64,000 nucleotides of DNA from Alphaproteobacteria bacterium (GCA_009691045.1 SHWC01000003.1:7995-71994); one strand, 5' to 3'; counted from the stretch's first letter, positions 1 through 12,837 are shown. Made by a program: numbers and translations. The notes: generated from the letters alone by a model not told the origin.

Positions 1-1023
1 GGCTTCGAGATTTTGCCATCAATCGAGCTCGGCAATTTTGCCGATATCGCCGTGACGCGCGAAACCTCAACACCGGGCGATGGGGAAATCGGCGAGGCGT
101 TGCAACGCATCGCGGATTCGGAGCGGCGCTATCGCAAGGTCGATGACCGTGCGGCGGCCAAAGACGATCAACTGCTCATTGATTTCGCTGGCTCGATCAG
201 CGGGCTGCCCTTCGAGGGTGGTGCGGCGAGCGATTTCGAGATCGTGCTTGGCTCCGGTGCCTTGATCCCGGGTTTCGAAGATCAATTGGCCGGTGCGAAG
301 GCCGGCGAGGCCCGAACCGTTAACGTGACTTTCCCGGCGGAATACCCCGCCAAGGAATTCGCGGGCAAGGACGCGCAGTTCGCGATCACGGTGAAAGAAG
401 TTCGCGAGCGCGATTCGAGCCAGATCGACGATGAATTGGCCAAGCGTTTCCAGCATGAATCACTCGAGGCCATGCGCGCCGCGGTGCGCGAGCGGCTGGT
501 GCAGGAATATCAGAACGTTTCCCGCGCCAAGCTCAAGCGCACCCTGTTGGACGAATTGGCCAAGCGCTACAGCTTCGGGGTTCCGGAGGCCATGGTCGAG
601 CAGGAGTTCGAGCAGATTTGGAATCAGATCAAGGCCGAGGTCGAGCGCGATAAGTCGAGCTATGAGGCAGTGATCGGCAAACCGGAAGAGGCCGGCAAGA
701 CGGAATATCGCGAGATCGCCGAGCGGCGCGTGCGCCTTGGTTTACTGTTGGCCGAAGTCGGCCGTCAGAATGGCGTCACGGTTGAGCGCGAAGATCTGCT
801 CCAGGCCGCCTTGCAAAGTGCGCGTTCGTTCGCGCAACCGAAGCAGGTGCTCGATTTCTATCGCAGCAACCCGAATGCGCTCGATCGTTTCCGCGCGCCG
901 GTGTTCGAGGAGAAGACGGTCGATCATCTGCTCAAGCAGGCTAAAATTAGCGAGCAGGCCGTGACGCCGACCGAACTTCTGAAAGACCCCGACGAAGACG
1001 AGGCCGGCTCGGCGAGCGCGTGA
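1..1023 (+). CDS. tig: Trigger factor (5' truncated by window edge)
   Basis: Frame 1 is open from base 1. FKBP-type domain (IDFAG..FEGG..LGSGALIPGFEDQL..VTFPAEY) and C-terminal AERRVRLGLLL; lies upstream of clpP. Confidence 0.96.
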   Translation, partial: GFEILPSIELGNFADIAVTRETSTPGDGEIGEALQRIADSERRYRKVDDRAAAKDDQLLIDFAGSISGLPFEGGAASDFEIVLGSGALIPGFEDQLAGAKAGEARTVNVTFPAEYPAKEFAGKDAQFAITVKEVRERDSSQIDDELAKRFQHESLEAMRAAVRERLVQEYQNVSRAKLKRTLLDELAKRYSFGVPEAMVEQEFEQIWNQIKAEVERDKSSYEAVIGKPEEAGKTEYREIAERRVRLGLLLAEVGRQNGVTVEREDLLQAALQSARSFAQPKQVLDFYRSNPNALDRFRAPVFEEKTVDHLLKQAKISEQAVTPTELLKDPDEDEAGSASA

Positions 1024-1089
1024 TCGCCTAACCTTAAGTTCCCCTGACGGCCCTCCCCATCCAAGCCCCTATCAGCAGGAGACGCAGAC

Positions 1090-1734
1090 TTGGCGGATAT
1101 CATTGAGACCTACGGCAACGTCCTGGTTCCCATGGTGGTCGAGCAGACCAATCGCGGTGAGCGCGCCTACGACATCTATTCGCGCCTCCTGAAGGAACGC
1201 ATCATCTTCATCACCGGGCCGGTTTTTGACGAGATGGCCAGCCTGATTTCGGCGCAGTTTTTGTTTCTCGAATCGGAGAACCCGTCGAAGGACATTTCGG
1301 TCTATATCAACTCGCCGGGTGGGGTCGTGACCGCGGGCCTCGCGATCTACGACACGATGCAATATATCCGTCCCGCGGTTTCGACGCTGGTGATCGGCCA
1401 GGCCGCTTCCATGGGCTCGCTCTTATTGTGCGCGGGCGCCGCTGGGCAGCGTTTCGCTCTGCCAAACGCGCGGGTGATGCTGCATCAGCCCTCCGGTGGG
1501 TTCCAGGGGCAGGCCACCGATATCGAGATTCACGCGCGCGAAATCCTCTCGCTCCGCAAGCGGCTGAACGAAATCTACGTTCATCACACGGGACAGACGT
1601 TCGAGATGATTCAAGAAAATTTGGAGCGGGATAAGTTTCTGACCGCCGAGGAATCCAAGGCATTCGGCCTAATTGATGAGGTAATTCAGAAGCGTCCGGC
1701 GAGCGAAGAGGGCGGTGACAAAAAGTCGAAATAA
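1090..1734 (+). CDS. clpP: ATP-dependent Clp protease proteolytic subunit
   Basis: [39 protein letters not shown] (catalytic Ser), MLHQP. TTG start after AGGAG SD. Confidence 0.98.
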   Translation: MADIIETYGNVLVPMVVEQTNRGERAYDIYSRLLKERIIFITGPVFDEMASLISAQFLFLESENPSKDISVYINSPGGVVTAGLAIYDTMQYIRPAVSTLVIGQAASMGSLLLCAGAAGQRFALPNARVMLHQPSGGFQGQATDIEIHAREILSLRKRLNEIYVHHTGQTFEMIQENLERDKFLTAEESKAFGLIDEVIQKRPASEEGGDKKSK

Positions 1735-1963
1735 TCGTTAATATTTAGAGGGTAAGGTTTTGTTGGTGCGGTCGCTGCTAGGGTGTTTGTGGCGGTGAGC
1801 ACCAAATGCGGTGCGGAGATTTGGCTAGACAGCAGGGGATGTGGGTGCCAAGTTTTTGATTAATGACTAAGATTCGAAAGGTGTTTCCGGGCCTTGCAGC
1901 CCAGTCGGGATCCCAGCCCGGCCTGCGAACGCCTCGGTCCCCGGAAGCAGCAACGGTGTGGAC

Positions 1964-3232
1964 ATGAACAAGTCCGGCGGCAGCGACTCGAAGAATACGC
2001 TCTATTGCTCGTTCTGCGGAAAGAGCCAACACGAGGTCCGCAAGCTGATCGCGGGACCCACCGTATTCATCTGTGATGAATGCGTTGAGCTCTGCATGGA
2101 TATCATCCGTGAGGAGCACAAGACCACGCGGGTGAAAAGCCGCGATGGGGTGCCCACGCCGGGTGAAATTCGCGCTGTATTGGATGACTATGTGATCGGC
2201 CAGGACCACGCCAAGAAGGTCCTCTCGGTCGCGGTCCACAATCACTATAAGCGCCTCGCCCATGGCGGGAAGGCGAGCGACGTCGAGCTCGCGAAGTCGA
2301 ACATCCTCCTGGTCGGCCCGACTGGTTGCGGCAAGACGCTCCTGGCCCAGACGCTCGCGCGCATCCTCGATGTGCCGTTCACGATGGCGGACGCGACCAC
2401 GCTGACCGAGGCTGGCTATGTGGGCGAGGACGTCGAGAACATCATTCTGAAGCTACTGCAATCGGCCGACTACAATGTCGAGCGCGCGCAGCGCGGCATC
2501 GTCTATCTCGATGAGGTCGATAAAATCGCGCGGAAATCCGACAATCCGTCGATTACCCGCGATGTCTCGGGCGAGGGCGTGCAGCAGGCCCTCCTGAAGA
2601 TCATGGAAGGCACGGTTGCCTCCGTGCCGCCTCAGGGCGGACGCAAGCATCCTCAGCAGGAATTCCTGCAGGTCGATACGACCAACATTCTATTCATTTG
2701 CGGCGGCGCGTTTTCGGGCCTCGAAAAGATCATCGCGGCGCGCGGTCGGGGCACCTCGATCGGCTTTGGCGCCGACGTTCGTTCGCCTGAAGAGCGGCGG
2801 ACCGGCCAAATACTGCGTGAGATCGAGCCCGAGGATTTGCTGAAATTTGGGTTGATTCCCGAGTTCGTGGGCCGACTGCCGGTCATCGCAACGCTGGATG
2901 ATTTGGACGAGAAGGCGCTGATCGACATTTTGACCAAGCCGAAGAACGCGCTGGTCAAGCAGTATCAGAAGCTGTTCGACATGGAAGACGTGCGCCTCTC
3001 CTTCACGGACGATGCGCTGGTCAAGATTTCGCAGAAGGCGATCGCCCGGCGAACCGGGGCGCGTGGTTTGCGTTCGATCCTCGAATCGATCCTACTCGAT
3101 ACGATGTTTGAACTACCGGGCTATGACACGGTCGAGGAGGTCGTCATTAACCGTGAAGTCGTTGAAAGCCATGCCAAGCCGCTGCTGATCTATGCCGAGC
3201 GGCGTGAAGAAGTCACGTCGACGGCTTCCTGA
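1964..3232 (+). CDS. clpX: Clp protease ATP-binding subunit ClpX
   Basis: C4 zinc finger [14 protein letters not shown], Walker [12 protein letters not shown] and IGF loops. Confidence 0.98.
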   Translation: MNKSGGSDSKNTLYCSFCGKSQHEVRKLIAGPTVFICDECVELCMDIIREEHKTTRVKSRDGVPTPGEIRAVLDDYVIGQDHAKKVLSVAVHNHYKRLAHGGKASDVELAKSNILLVGPTGCGKTLLAQTLARILDVPFTMADATTLTEAGYVGEDVENIILKLLQSADYNVERAQRGIVYLDEVDKIARKSDNPSITRDVSGEGVQQALLKIMEGTVASVPPQGGRKHPQQEFLQVDTTNILFICGGAFSGLEKIIAARGRGTSIGFGADVRSPEERRTGQILREIEPEDLLKFGLIPEFVGRLPVIATLDDLDEKALIDILTKPKNALVKQYQKLFDMEDVRLSFTDDALVKISQKAIARRTGARGLRSILESILLDTMFELPGYDTVEEVVINREVVESHAKPLLIYAERREEVTSTAS

Positions 3233-3238
3233 GCCCCT

Positions 3239-3267
3239 CTTGATTGTGGGGCAGTTCACGCCCATCT
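3239..3267 (+). promoter_or_regulatory. Putative RpoH (sigma32) promoter for lon
   Basis: CTTGAT-N15-GCCCATCT resembles the heat-shock consensus CTTGAA..CCCCATnT and lies 75 nt upstream of lon. Confidence 0.5.
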
Positions 3268-3341
3268 GAAACCCATTCGGCTCCCGGCGGAGCAGCCCTA
3301 AGCTCTCCGCCGGCCGATAGCCGAAGCGTGGCGAGGTCCTG

Positions 3342-5756
<2,415 letters not shown>

Positions 5757-5887
5757 GCATATTTCGATTAGGGGCGCACCGGGCAAAATCGTTCGGCGCG
5801 CCCTTTCGATTCCGCGCTCCGCCCGAGTCGCGTTGTAATAATCATCGGGAATCGCGCGGTAGCCTTGGGTTTCCGCCACTTCGGGCG

Positions 5888-5917
5888 TTGACGGCGCGGA
5901 AAACCGCGCTCTACACT
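5888..5917 (+). promoter_or_regulatory. Putative sigma70 promoter for HU gene
   Basis: TTGACG-N18-TACACT upstream of the HU gene. Confidence 0.5.
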
Positions 5918-5994
5918 CCGCGTCAGTGCTGCCGATTCGCATTGGTGACACATCAGAGTTCTGGCACGTCCACGCCAACATAGGGGATACCCGG

Positions 5995-6270
5995 GTGAAC
6001 AAGAACGATCTCGTCAAATCAGTTGCAGCTGACGCCGAGTTGTCGAACACGCAGGCCGCGCGTTGCGTCGATTCGATTTTCGATACGATTCAAGGGGCCC
6101 TCAAAAAGGGCGATGAAGTTCGCTTGGTTGGCTTCGGCACGTTCGTCGTGGTCAAGCGCAAGGCGACCAAGGGACGCAATCCTCAAACCGGTGCCGAGAT
6201 CAAGATCCCGGCGTCGAAGCAACCCAAATTCCGCGCCGGCAAGGCGCTCAAGGAAGCCGTCAACAGATAA
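5995..6270 (+). CDS. hupB: HU family DNA-binding protein
   Basis: GTG start after AGGGG. NKNDLV..VRLVGFGTF..GRNPQTG..PKFRAGKALK; follows lon. Confidence 0.93.
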   Translation: MNKNDLVKSVAADAELSNTQAARCVDSIFDTIQGALKKGDEVRLVGFGTFVVVKRKATKGRNPQTGAEIKIPASKQPKFRAGKALKEAVNR

Positions 6271-6301
6271 TCTGAGAGTCTCGGCGATCCCGACCTAAAC
6301 A

Positions 6302-6341
6302 CGATGCCGGCTACCGCAAGGTGGCCGGCATCGGCGCTTTT
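6302..6341 (+). terminator. Intrinsic terminator-like hairpin after HU gene
   Basis: CGATGCCGGCTACC-GCAA-GGTGGCCGGCATCG: 14-bp stem with one G-U pair, followed by GCGCTTTT. Confidence 0.7.
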
Positions 6342-6398
6342 CGGCTAGGATGAAAAGTCTCGCGTCCATCCCCAACGGGGAGGGACCGCGCAGCGAGC

Positions 6399-6474
6399 GG
6401 GCGATTAGCTCAGTTGGTAGAGCGTCTCGTTTACACCGAGAATGTCGGCGGTTCGAGTCCGTCATCGCCCACCA
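6399..6474 (+). tRNA. tRNA-Val(TAC)
   Basis: 76 nt, GGGCGAT/ATCGCCC acceptor stem, anticodon arm TCTCG-TTTACAC-CGAGA, GTTCGA T-loop, encoded CCA. Confidence 0.97.
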
Positions 6475-6475
6475 C

Positions 6476-6579
6476 CCTACGCCTTCGGCTTCGGGTGGCA
6501 GGCCACCCTAGGGCCTGACACCCGAAGGCGATTAGGCGTAGGAGTGTCCCCCGAAGCTCCGTGAGGAGCGAAGGGGGAC
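6476..6579. repeat. Two GC-rich hairpins between tRNA-Val and the GIY-YIG gene
   Basis: Stem 1: CCTACGCCT/AGGCGTAGG, CTTCGGGTG/CACCCGAAG and CAGGCC/GGCCTG. Stem 2: GTCCCCC-GAA-GCTCC-GTGA-GGAGC-GAA-GGGGGAC. Confidence 0.8.
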
Positions 6580-6589
6580 TGGTGCCGCC

Positions 6590-6823
6590 ATGTGGTATGT
6601 TTATTTCTTGCAGCTTGGGAATGGGGCGGTCTACGTCGGGTCGACGAATGATCTGCGCCGTCGTGTCAATTCGCATCGACGCGGACAGGTCATATCGACC
6701 AAAGCCCATCCACCGGTGGCTTTGAAATCCTATATCGCCTTAGAAACCAAAGGCCATGCGCGGGAGCTTGATCGATATTTCAAGTCGGGCTCTGGCAAGG
6801 CCTTCGCCAAGAAGCGGCTCTGA
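6590..6823 (+). CDS. Small standalone GIY-YIG nuclease family protein (77 aa)
   Basis: YVY..YVG motif pair, STNDLRRRVNSH helix, C-terminal YFKSGSG. Confidence 0.88.
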   Translation: MWYVYFLQLGNGAVYVGSTNDLRRRVNSHRRGQVISTKAHPPVALKSYIALETKGHARELDRYFKSGSGKAFAKKRL

Positions 6824-7066
6824 CGATCGGGAATTTGAGCCGAGCCTGACGCCCCGAGGCGCCGAGAGGCGAGGCGAGGGACTGATGCTGCCTATGCGGC
6901 CGGCAGGACGCAGAGGCTGGCGACCAAGCGCGACTTAGCCCCCGCGCCCTACATAAATAATGCTACCAATTGTCGACGTTTGGCGCTGCAATGGCAGGCG
7001 CTGGGGCAGGCGCTGGCAGTCTATTTGACCTATTTTGAACCTGGTTGGGCCAAAGGTTTGAAACCG

Positions 7067-7762
7067 ATGCGACGTTGGATCTTTGTCCTTATTACCGTCG
7101 TCCTGGCTGGCTGCGCCTTTTCGGGCGTTGCTCCAAACGCGATCTTGTCATTCGAAGGCCCGATCGCGCCGAAGATGGAGCCCGGTAAGGCGATCTTGGC
7201 TATGGGGCTGAACTTCGTTAGTCGGGGAAGTAAATCGGAGGCACCCAATGGCGCATACGGCGCATGGATCAAGATCGATCCGTCCAGCGGTTTCCGCGAC
7301 ACGTCCGCCGATGTGGAATTTGATATTGATAACACCATTCTTCCCTCCGACGCCGAAGATGGCACACGCTACTATTTCTTCTCGGTTCCGCCTGGTACCT
7401 ACGCCCTTGGCTGGATTGCTAATCAAGGACATTTCTTTTTGTCGAGTGATTATGAGGACATATATATTATCCGTCGTCGCCTTAGCTCCGACTACCATTT
7501 CTCGCCGGTCGCACGGGCAAAGGCGTTTGCGCCAAGTTTCACCATTGGCGCGGGCGAGGTCGTCTATATCGACGATTTGGTGGGCGATTTCTCGCAAATG
7601 GCCCGGGCTAAATTGTCGATCAGAATCAGCGAGGCGGAAGTGCGAAAAAGGCTCTCCGAACGAGGCCATAAGGAAGCGCCCACCGTTCGGTTGTTCCGGC
7701 AATTCGATGGCAAGCCATTTGACCACATTGATTTAATCATGGCGACGTTTCTTCGGTCGTGA
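7067..7762 (+). CDS. Hypothetical lipoprotein
   Basis: MRRWIFVLITVVLAG-C signal peptide with lipobox. Visibly more AT-rich than the flanking core genes. Confidence 0.7.
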   Translation: MRRWIFVLITVVLAGCAFSGVAPNAILSFEGPIAPKMEPGKAILAMGLNFVSRGSKSEAPNGAYGAWIKIDPSSGFRDTSADVEFDIDNTILPSDAEDGTRYYFFSVPPGTYALGWIANQGHFFLSSDYEDIYIIRRRLSSDYHFSPVARAKAFAPSFTIGAGEVVYIDDLVGDFSQMARAKLSIRISEAEVRKRLSERGHKEAPTVRLFRQFDGKPFDHIDLIMATFLRS

Positions 7763-7887
7763 TGGGATCGAGTATCCGTTCGTAGTGAAGCGCTGCGGCT
7801 ACAGGAAATTGTACTCGACACGAGCTCCTTGTTGGGAAGCCGGCGCCGCTTGGTCCGACGTGCCTATTTGGACCGAGGGTAAGTTCC

Positions 7888-7916
7888 TTGACCCACAGGG
7901 TGGTGTGCAGTACATG
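7888..7916 (+). promoter_or_regulatory. Putative sigma70 promoter for tRNA-Asp
   Basis: TTGACC-N17-TACATG followed by a GC-rich discriminator-like AGGCGCGCCC. Confidence 0.6.
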
Positions 7917-7964
7917 AGGCGCGCCCTTCGCGGCTCAGAATCGAGCTGCGGTGGGGCAGGATTT

Positions 7965-8041
<77 letters not shown>

Positions 8042-8203
8042 CCCCCTGAGGCTCATGGCCGCAGGGGTCGACGTCGACCGGGGGGCCGGCCAACTGGCCA
8101 AATCCTAGCGGCGGTTTTGAGTAACGCGGGGGCTTGTCGCTGGGGCGGCACTCGTGTGGGGCAAGCGGCCCTGGCCTTGGGAGTATCGGATTAGCTCACG
8201 CCG

Positions 8204-8578
8204 ATGACCGCTTCCTCTTCCTTCCTCCTCGAATATTTGCCGATCCTCCTTTTTCTCGGCATTGCCGTCGTTATGGGGGGCGGCATGATTGTGGCGTCTT
8301 ACATCGTCGCGCCGCAAAAGCCGAACCCCGACAAGATCACCGCCTATGAATGCGGCTTCGATGCGTTCGAGGACGCGCGCATGAAATTCGACGTGCGCTT
8401 TTATCTGGTCGCCATCCTGTTCATCATTTTCGACCTCGAAGTCGCCTTCCTATTCCCGTGGGCCGATTCCTTTAGCGGCATCGGGCTGTATGGCTTTTTC
8501 TCGATGCTGGTGTTCCTTGGCATCCTGACCATCGGATTCATTTATGAATGGCGGAAGGGTGCGCTCGAATGGGAATGA
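8204..8578 (+). CDS. nuoA: NADH-quinone oxidoreductase subunit A
   Basis: [26 protein letters not shown]. Confidence 0.97.
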   Translation: MTASSSFLLEYLPILLFLGIAVVMGGGMIVASYIVAPQKPNPDKITAYECGFDAFEDARMKFDVRFYLVAILFIIFDLEVAFLFPWADSFSGIGLYGFFSMLVFLGILTIGFIYEWRKGALEWE

Positions 8579-9126
8579 GTGGCGATACGACGCTCGGCCT
8601 GCCGGGACGCGCGCTCGCGCCCGGCGCGGCGCAAGATAGCGCGCTCAAATTGGTGACCGACGAGCTGGCCGAGCGCGGCATCGTGGTCGCCAAGCTCGAC
8701 AAGCTGGTCAATTGGGCGCGCACGGGTTCGCTCTGGCCACTCACCTTTGGTTTGGCCTGTTGCGGCGTCGAGTTCATGCACATGATCGCCGCGCGCTATG
8801 ACATCGATCGGCTCGGCATGGTGCCGCGCGCCAGCCCGCGCCAATCCGACGTCGTGATCGTGGCTGGCACGTTGTGCAACAAAATGGCGCCGGCTTTTCG
8901 CCGGGTCTATGACCAGATGCCCGAGCCGCGTTATGTGATCTCGATGGGTAGCTGCGCCAATGGCGGCGGCTATTATCACTATTCCTATTCGGTGGTGCGC
9001 GGCTGCGATCGCATCGTGCCGGTTGACGTCTATGTGCCGGGTTGTCCGCCGACCGCGGAGGCGCTGCTCTATGGCGTTATGCAGCTGCAAAAGAAAATTC
9101 GTCGCATCGGCACGATCGAGCGATAA
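8569..9126 (+). CDS. nuoB: NADH-quinone oxidoreductase subunit B
   Basis: [30 protein letters not shown]. Confidence 0.97.
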   Translation: MGMSGDTTLGLPGRALAPGAAQDSALKLVTDELAERGIVVAKLDKLVNWARTGSLWPLTFGLACCGVEFMHMIAARYDIDRLGMVPRASPRQSDVVIVAGTLCNKMAPAFRRVYDQMPEPRYVISMGSCANGGGYYHYSYSVVRGCDRIVPVDVYVPGCPPTAEALLYGVMQLQKKIRRIGTIER

Positions 9127-9132
9127 AGGGCC

Positions 9133-9744
9133 ATGGCCGACATTCAAACGCTGAGCGAATTGGGCGAGCGGATCAGCCTCGCGCTCAAGGATTATGTCGA
9201 GACGGCGGCGGTCGTGCAGGGGGAATTGTGCGTCATCGCCCGCCCCGATGCCATCACGCGCGTGATCAAATTTCTGCGCGATGACACACAATGCGCGTTC
9301 GAGATGCTGGTCGATGTATGTGGTGCGGATTATCCCGATCGGGAGCCGCGCTTCGATGTGGTCTATCATTTGTTGAGCGTGAGCCGGAATCAACGTGTAC
9401 GGGTCAAGGTCCGGATCGGCGAGGGCGGCGTGGTGCCGTCGGTGACCGGTCTTTATTCCGCCGCAGGCTGGTTTGAGCGCGAGGTGTGGGATCTCTACGG
9501 CATCTATTTTTCGGGTCACCCCGATTTGCGCCGGATTCTCACCGATTACGGCTTCGAGGGGCATCCCTTGCGGAAGGACTTTCCGCTCACCGGCTATGTC
9601 GAGATGCGCTATGACGATGAGCAGAAGCGCGTCATTTATGAGCCGGTCAAGCTGACGCAAGAGTTTCGTCGCTTCGATTTTATGTCGCCCTGGGAAGGCA
9701 CCAATTACACGCTCCCAGGCGATGAGAAGGCCGCTAAATCATGA
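9133..9744 (+). CDS. nuoC: NADH-quinone oxidoreductase subunit C
   Basis: [31 protein letters not shown]. Confidence 0.97.
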   Translation: MADIQTLSELGERISLALKDYVETAAVVQGELCVIARPDAITRVIKFLRDDTQCAFEMLVDVCGADYPDREPRFDVVYHLLSVSRNQRVRVKVRIGEGGVVPSVTGLYSAAGWFEREVWDLYGIYFSGHPDLRRILTDYGFEGHPLRKDFPLTGYVEMRYDDEQKRVIYEPVKLTQEFRRFDFMSPWEGTNYTLPGDEKAAKS

Positions 9745-10919
9745 GCGAGCGGCACATTCGGAGCATGACGATCAATTTTGGGCCGCAGCACCCGGCGGCG
9801 CATGGCGTGCTGCGTTTGGTGCTCGAGATGGATGGCGAGATTGTCGAGCGGGTAGATCCCCATATCGGCTTGCTCCATCGCGGCACCGAAAAGCTGATCG
9901 AATACAAAACTTATTTGCAAGCCGTGCCCTATTTCGATCGGCTCGACTATGTCGCGCCGATGAACCAGGAACACGCTTATGCGCTGGCGGTCGAGCGGCT
10001 TTTGGGCATCGAAATTCCGCGCCGCGCCCAGGTCATTCGCGTGCTCTATAGCGAGCTTAGCCGGATCACCAACCATCTCCTTAATATCACCACGACCGCG
10101 CTCGACGTTGGCGCGATGACGCCGTTCTTCTGGGGTTTCGAGGAGCGCGAGCGGATCATGGAGTTCTATGAGCGGGCGTCGGGCGCGCGCATGCACGCGG
10201 CCTATTTCCGGCCCGGCGGCGTCGCCATGGATTTGCCGCAAGACCTGCTCGACGACATTGGGACCTGGAACAAGAAATTCCATAAGGTGATCGACGAGAT
10301 CGATGGCCTGTTGACCGAAAACAGAATTTTTAAGCAACGCATGGTCGACATCGGCAAAACCACCGCCGCCGAGGCGCTCGATTGGGGCTTCACCGGGCCG
10401 ATGCTGCGCGCCTCGGGCGTTGCGTGGGATCTGCGCCGGGCCGAGCCATATGAGATCTATAGCGAGCTCGAATTCAAAGTGCCGGTCGGCACCAATGGCG
10501 ATTGCTATGAGCGTTATTTGGTGCGCATGGATGAAATGCGTGAAAGCGTGCGGCTGATCGAGCAATGCCTCGCGCGGATGGAGCCGGGGCCGGTCAAGGT
10601 GCAGAACAACAAGATCACGCCGCCCTCGCGCGCTGAAATGAAGCACTCGATGGAAGCGCTAATTCATCATTTCAAGCTCTATACCGAGGGCTATCACGTG
10701 CCGGCCGGCGAAACCTACGCCGCGGTCGAGGCGCCCAAGGGCGAGTTCGGCGTTTATCTCGTGTCGGACGGCAGCAACAAACCATATCGCTGCAAGATCA
10801 GGGCGCCGGGCTTCGCGCATTTGCAATCGCTCGACTTTATGAGCCGGGGTTACATGCTGGCCGATGCGGTCGCGAACCTCGCGAGCATGGATATCGTGTT
10901 TGGGGAGATCGACCGGTGA
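9741..10919 (+). CDS. nuoD: NADH-quinone oxidoreductase subunit D
   Basis: [30 protein letters not shown]. Confidence 0.98.
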   Translation: MSERHIRSMTINFGPQHPAAHGVLRLVLEMDGEIVERVDPHIGLLHRGTEKLIEYKTYLQAVPYFDRLDYVAPMNQEHAYALAVERLLGIEIPRRAQVIRVLYSELSRITNHLLNITTTALDVGAMTPFFWGFEERERIMEFYERASGARMHAAYFRPGGVAMDLPQDLLDDIGTWNKKFHKVIDEIDGLLTENRIFKQRMVDIGKTTAAEALDWGFTGPMLRASGVAWDLRRAEPYEIYSELEFKVPVGTNGDCYERYLVRMDEMRESVRLIEQCLARMEPGPVKVQNNKITPPSRAEMKHSMEALIHHFKLYTEGYHVPAGETYAAVEAPKGEFGVYLVSDGSNKPYRCKIRAPGFAHLQSLDFMSRGYMLADAVANLASMDIVFGEIDR

Positions 10920-11518
10920 GCGGCAATGGCGCGGATCAAGGGGCGAGCTTTGCCTTTGCGCCCGAGGCCATAGCGAAGGTCAAAGCGATCATCGCCAAAT
11001 ATCCGACGGGCCGGCAGGCGAGCGCGGTGCTGCCACTGCTCGATCTGGCGCAGCGTGAGAACGACGGGTGGCTCTCGCGCGCCGCGATGGATCATGTCGC
11101 GCAAATTCTCGATATGGCGCCGATCAAGGTTTATGAGGTCGCCACGTTTTACACGATGTTCAACCTAAAGCCGGTCGGGCGCCATTTGGTGCAGCTGTGC
11201 CGCACGACGCCCTGTTGGCTGCGCGGCAGCGAGGAATTGCGCTATGCCGCCCAGCAGGAACTCGGAATCGGTTTGAAGGAAACCACCGGCGACGGCGCCT
11301 TCACGCTGGTTGAGGTCGAATGCCTCGGCGCCTGCGTCAACGCGCCCATGGTGCAGATCAATGACGATTTCTATGAGGATCTGACGGGCGAGAGCTTCCG
11401 CGAACTTTTGCGCGCGCTGCGGCGCGGCGAGAAGCCGGCTATCGGATCACGGACCGGGCGGCAAGGCTCATGCCCGGCCTCGGGCCCGACCACATTGACC
11501 GAGATCGAGCGACGCTGA
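10916..11518 (+). CDS. nuoE: NADH-quinone oxidoreductase subunit E
   Basis: [15 protein letters not shown] and ECLGAC 2Fe-2S ligands. Confidence 0.96.
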   Translation: MSGNGADQGASFAFAPEAIAKVKAIIAKYPTGRQASAVLPLLDLAQRENDGWLSRAAMDHVAQILDMAPIKVYEVATFYTMFNLKPVGRHLVQLCRTTPCWLRGSEELRYAAQQELGIGLKETTGDGAFTLVEVECLGACVNAPMVQINDDFYEDLTGESFRELLRALRRGEKPAIGSRTGRQGSCPASGPTTLTEIERR

Positions 11519-12837
11519 TGTTGAAAGATTCCGACCGCATTTTCACCAATCTCTATGGCCTGCGCGATTGGGGGCTTGAAGGCGCGCGCAAGCGCGGCGA
11601 TTGGGATGGTACCAAGGCCCTGCTCGAAAAGGGCCATGAATGGATCGTCGAGGAGATCAAGGCGTCCGATTTGCGCGGCCGGGGCGGCGCGGGTTTTCCG
11701 GCCGGGCTCAAATGGTCGTTCATGCCGAAGCAGATCGATCCCAAGCGGCCGCATTATTTGGTGGTCAATGCCGATGAGAGCGAACCCGGCACGTGCAAAG
11801 ACCGCGATATTCTGCGCTATGACCCGCATAAGCTGGTCGAGGGTTGCTTGCTCGCCGGTTTCGCGATGCGCGCGCACGCGAGCTACATCTATATTCGCGG
11901 CGAGTTTGTCAACGAGGCGAAGAATCTTCAGGCAGCGATCGACCAGGCCTATGCGGCGGGGTTGATTGGCAAGAACGCGTGCGGTTCGGATTGGGACTTC
12001 GATGTCTACGTCCACCGCGGCGCCGGCGCCTATATTTGCGGCGAGGAGACTGGGCTCCTTGAAAGCCTTGAGGGCAAAGCGGGTCGGCCGCGTTTGAAGC
12101 CGCCTTTCCCCGCGGCGGTCGGGCTCTATGGGTGCCCAACCACGATCAATAATGTCGAGACCATCGCGGTGGCGCCGACGATCTTGCGGCGTGGCGGCGC
12201 GTGGTTCGCGGGTCTTGGCCGGCCGAAGAATACCGGCACCAAGGTGTTCTGCATTTCGGGTCATGTGAATCAGCCGTGCAATGTCGAAGAGGAAATGGGT
12301 ATTCCGCTCAAGGAACTCATCGAGAAGCACGCGGGTGGCGTGCGCGGTGGCTGGGATAATCTGAAGGCGATCATTCCGGGCGGCTCATCGGTGCCGCTCT
12401 TGCCCAAATCGATTTGCGATGATGTGTTGATGGACTTTGATTCGCTGCGCGCGGTGCGATCAGGCCTCGGCACGGCGGCGGTGATCGTGATGGACAAATC
12501 GACCGATGTGATCGCGGCCATCGCGCGGCTGTCGCATTTCTACATGCACGAGAGCTGCGGCCAGTGTACGCCCTGCCGCGAGGGGACGGGCTGGGTCTAC
12601 CGCACGATGCAGCGCATGGTGAAGGGCGAGGCGTCGGTCGATGAAATCGATCGGTTGAACGATGTCGTGGGCCAGATCGAGGGCCATACGATTTGCGCAC
12701 TGGGCGATGCCGCGGCGTGGCCGGTGCAAGGCCTGATCCGCCATTTCCGCGACGAGCTCGAGGCGCGAATCTTGGTTTCCAAAGGTGCGCTCACCAGTGG
12801 GCGGTATGGTTTCAATCCCGGCATCGCGGCGGCCTGA
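11518..12837 (+). CDS. nuoF: NADH-quinone oxidoreductase subunit F
   Basis: [38 protein letters not shown]. Confidence 0.98.
   Translation: MLKDSDRIFTNLYGLRDWGLEGARKRGDWDGTKALLEKGHEWIVEEIKASDLRGRGGAGFPAGLKWSFMPKQIDPKRPHYLVVNADESEPGTCKDRDILRYDPHKLVEGCLLAGFAMRAHASYIYIRGEFVNEAKNLQAAIDQAYAAGLIGKNACGSDWDFDVYVHRGAGAYICGEETGLLESLEGKAGRPRLKPPFPAAVGLYGCPTTINNVETIAVAPTILRRGGAWFAGLGRPKNTGTKVFCISGHVNQPCNVEEEMGIPLKELIEKHAGGVRGGWDNLKAIIPGGSSVPLLPKSICDDVLMDFDSLRAVRSGLGTAAVIVMDKSTDVIAAIARLSHFYMHESCGQCTPCREGTGWVYRTMQRMVKGEASVDEIDRLNDVVGQIEGHTICALGDAAAWPVQGLIRHFRDELEARILVSKGALTSGRYGFNPGIAAA

Noticed and set aside
6476..6900. CRISPR-like or regular repeat array
   Set aside because: There are only two degenerate motif copies, no repeat-spacer periodicity and no cas genes.
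6455..7964. Classical integrative island with an attR duplicating the tRNA-Val 3' end
   Set aside because: Only a weak GCCC..CCCTAC echo near 6938-6952 was found. There is no convincing direct repeat of the tRNA end and no integrase.
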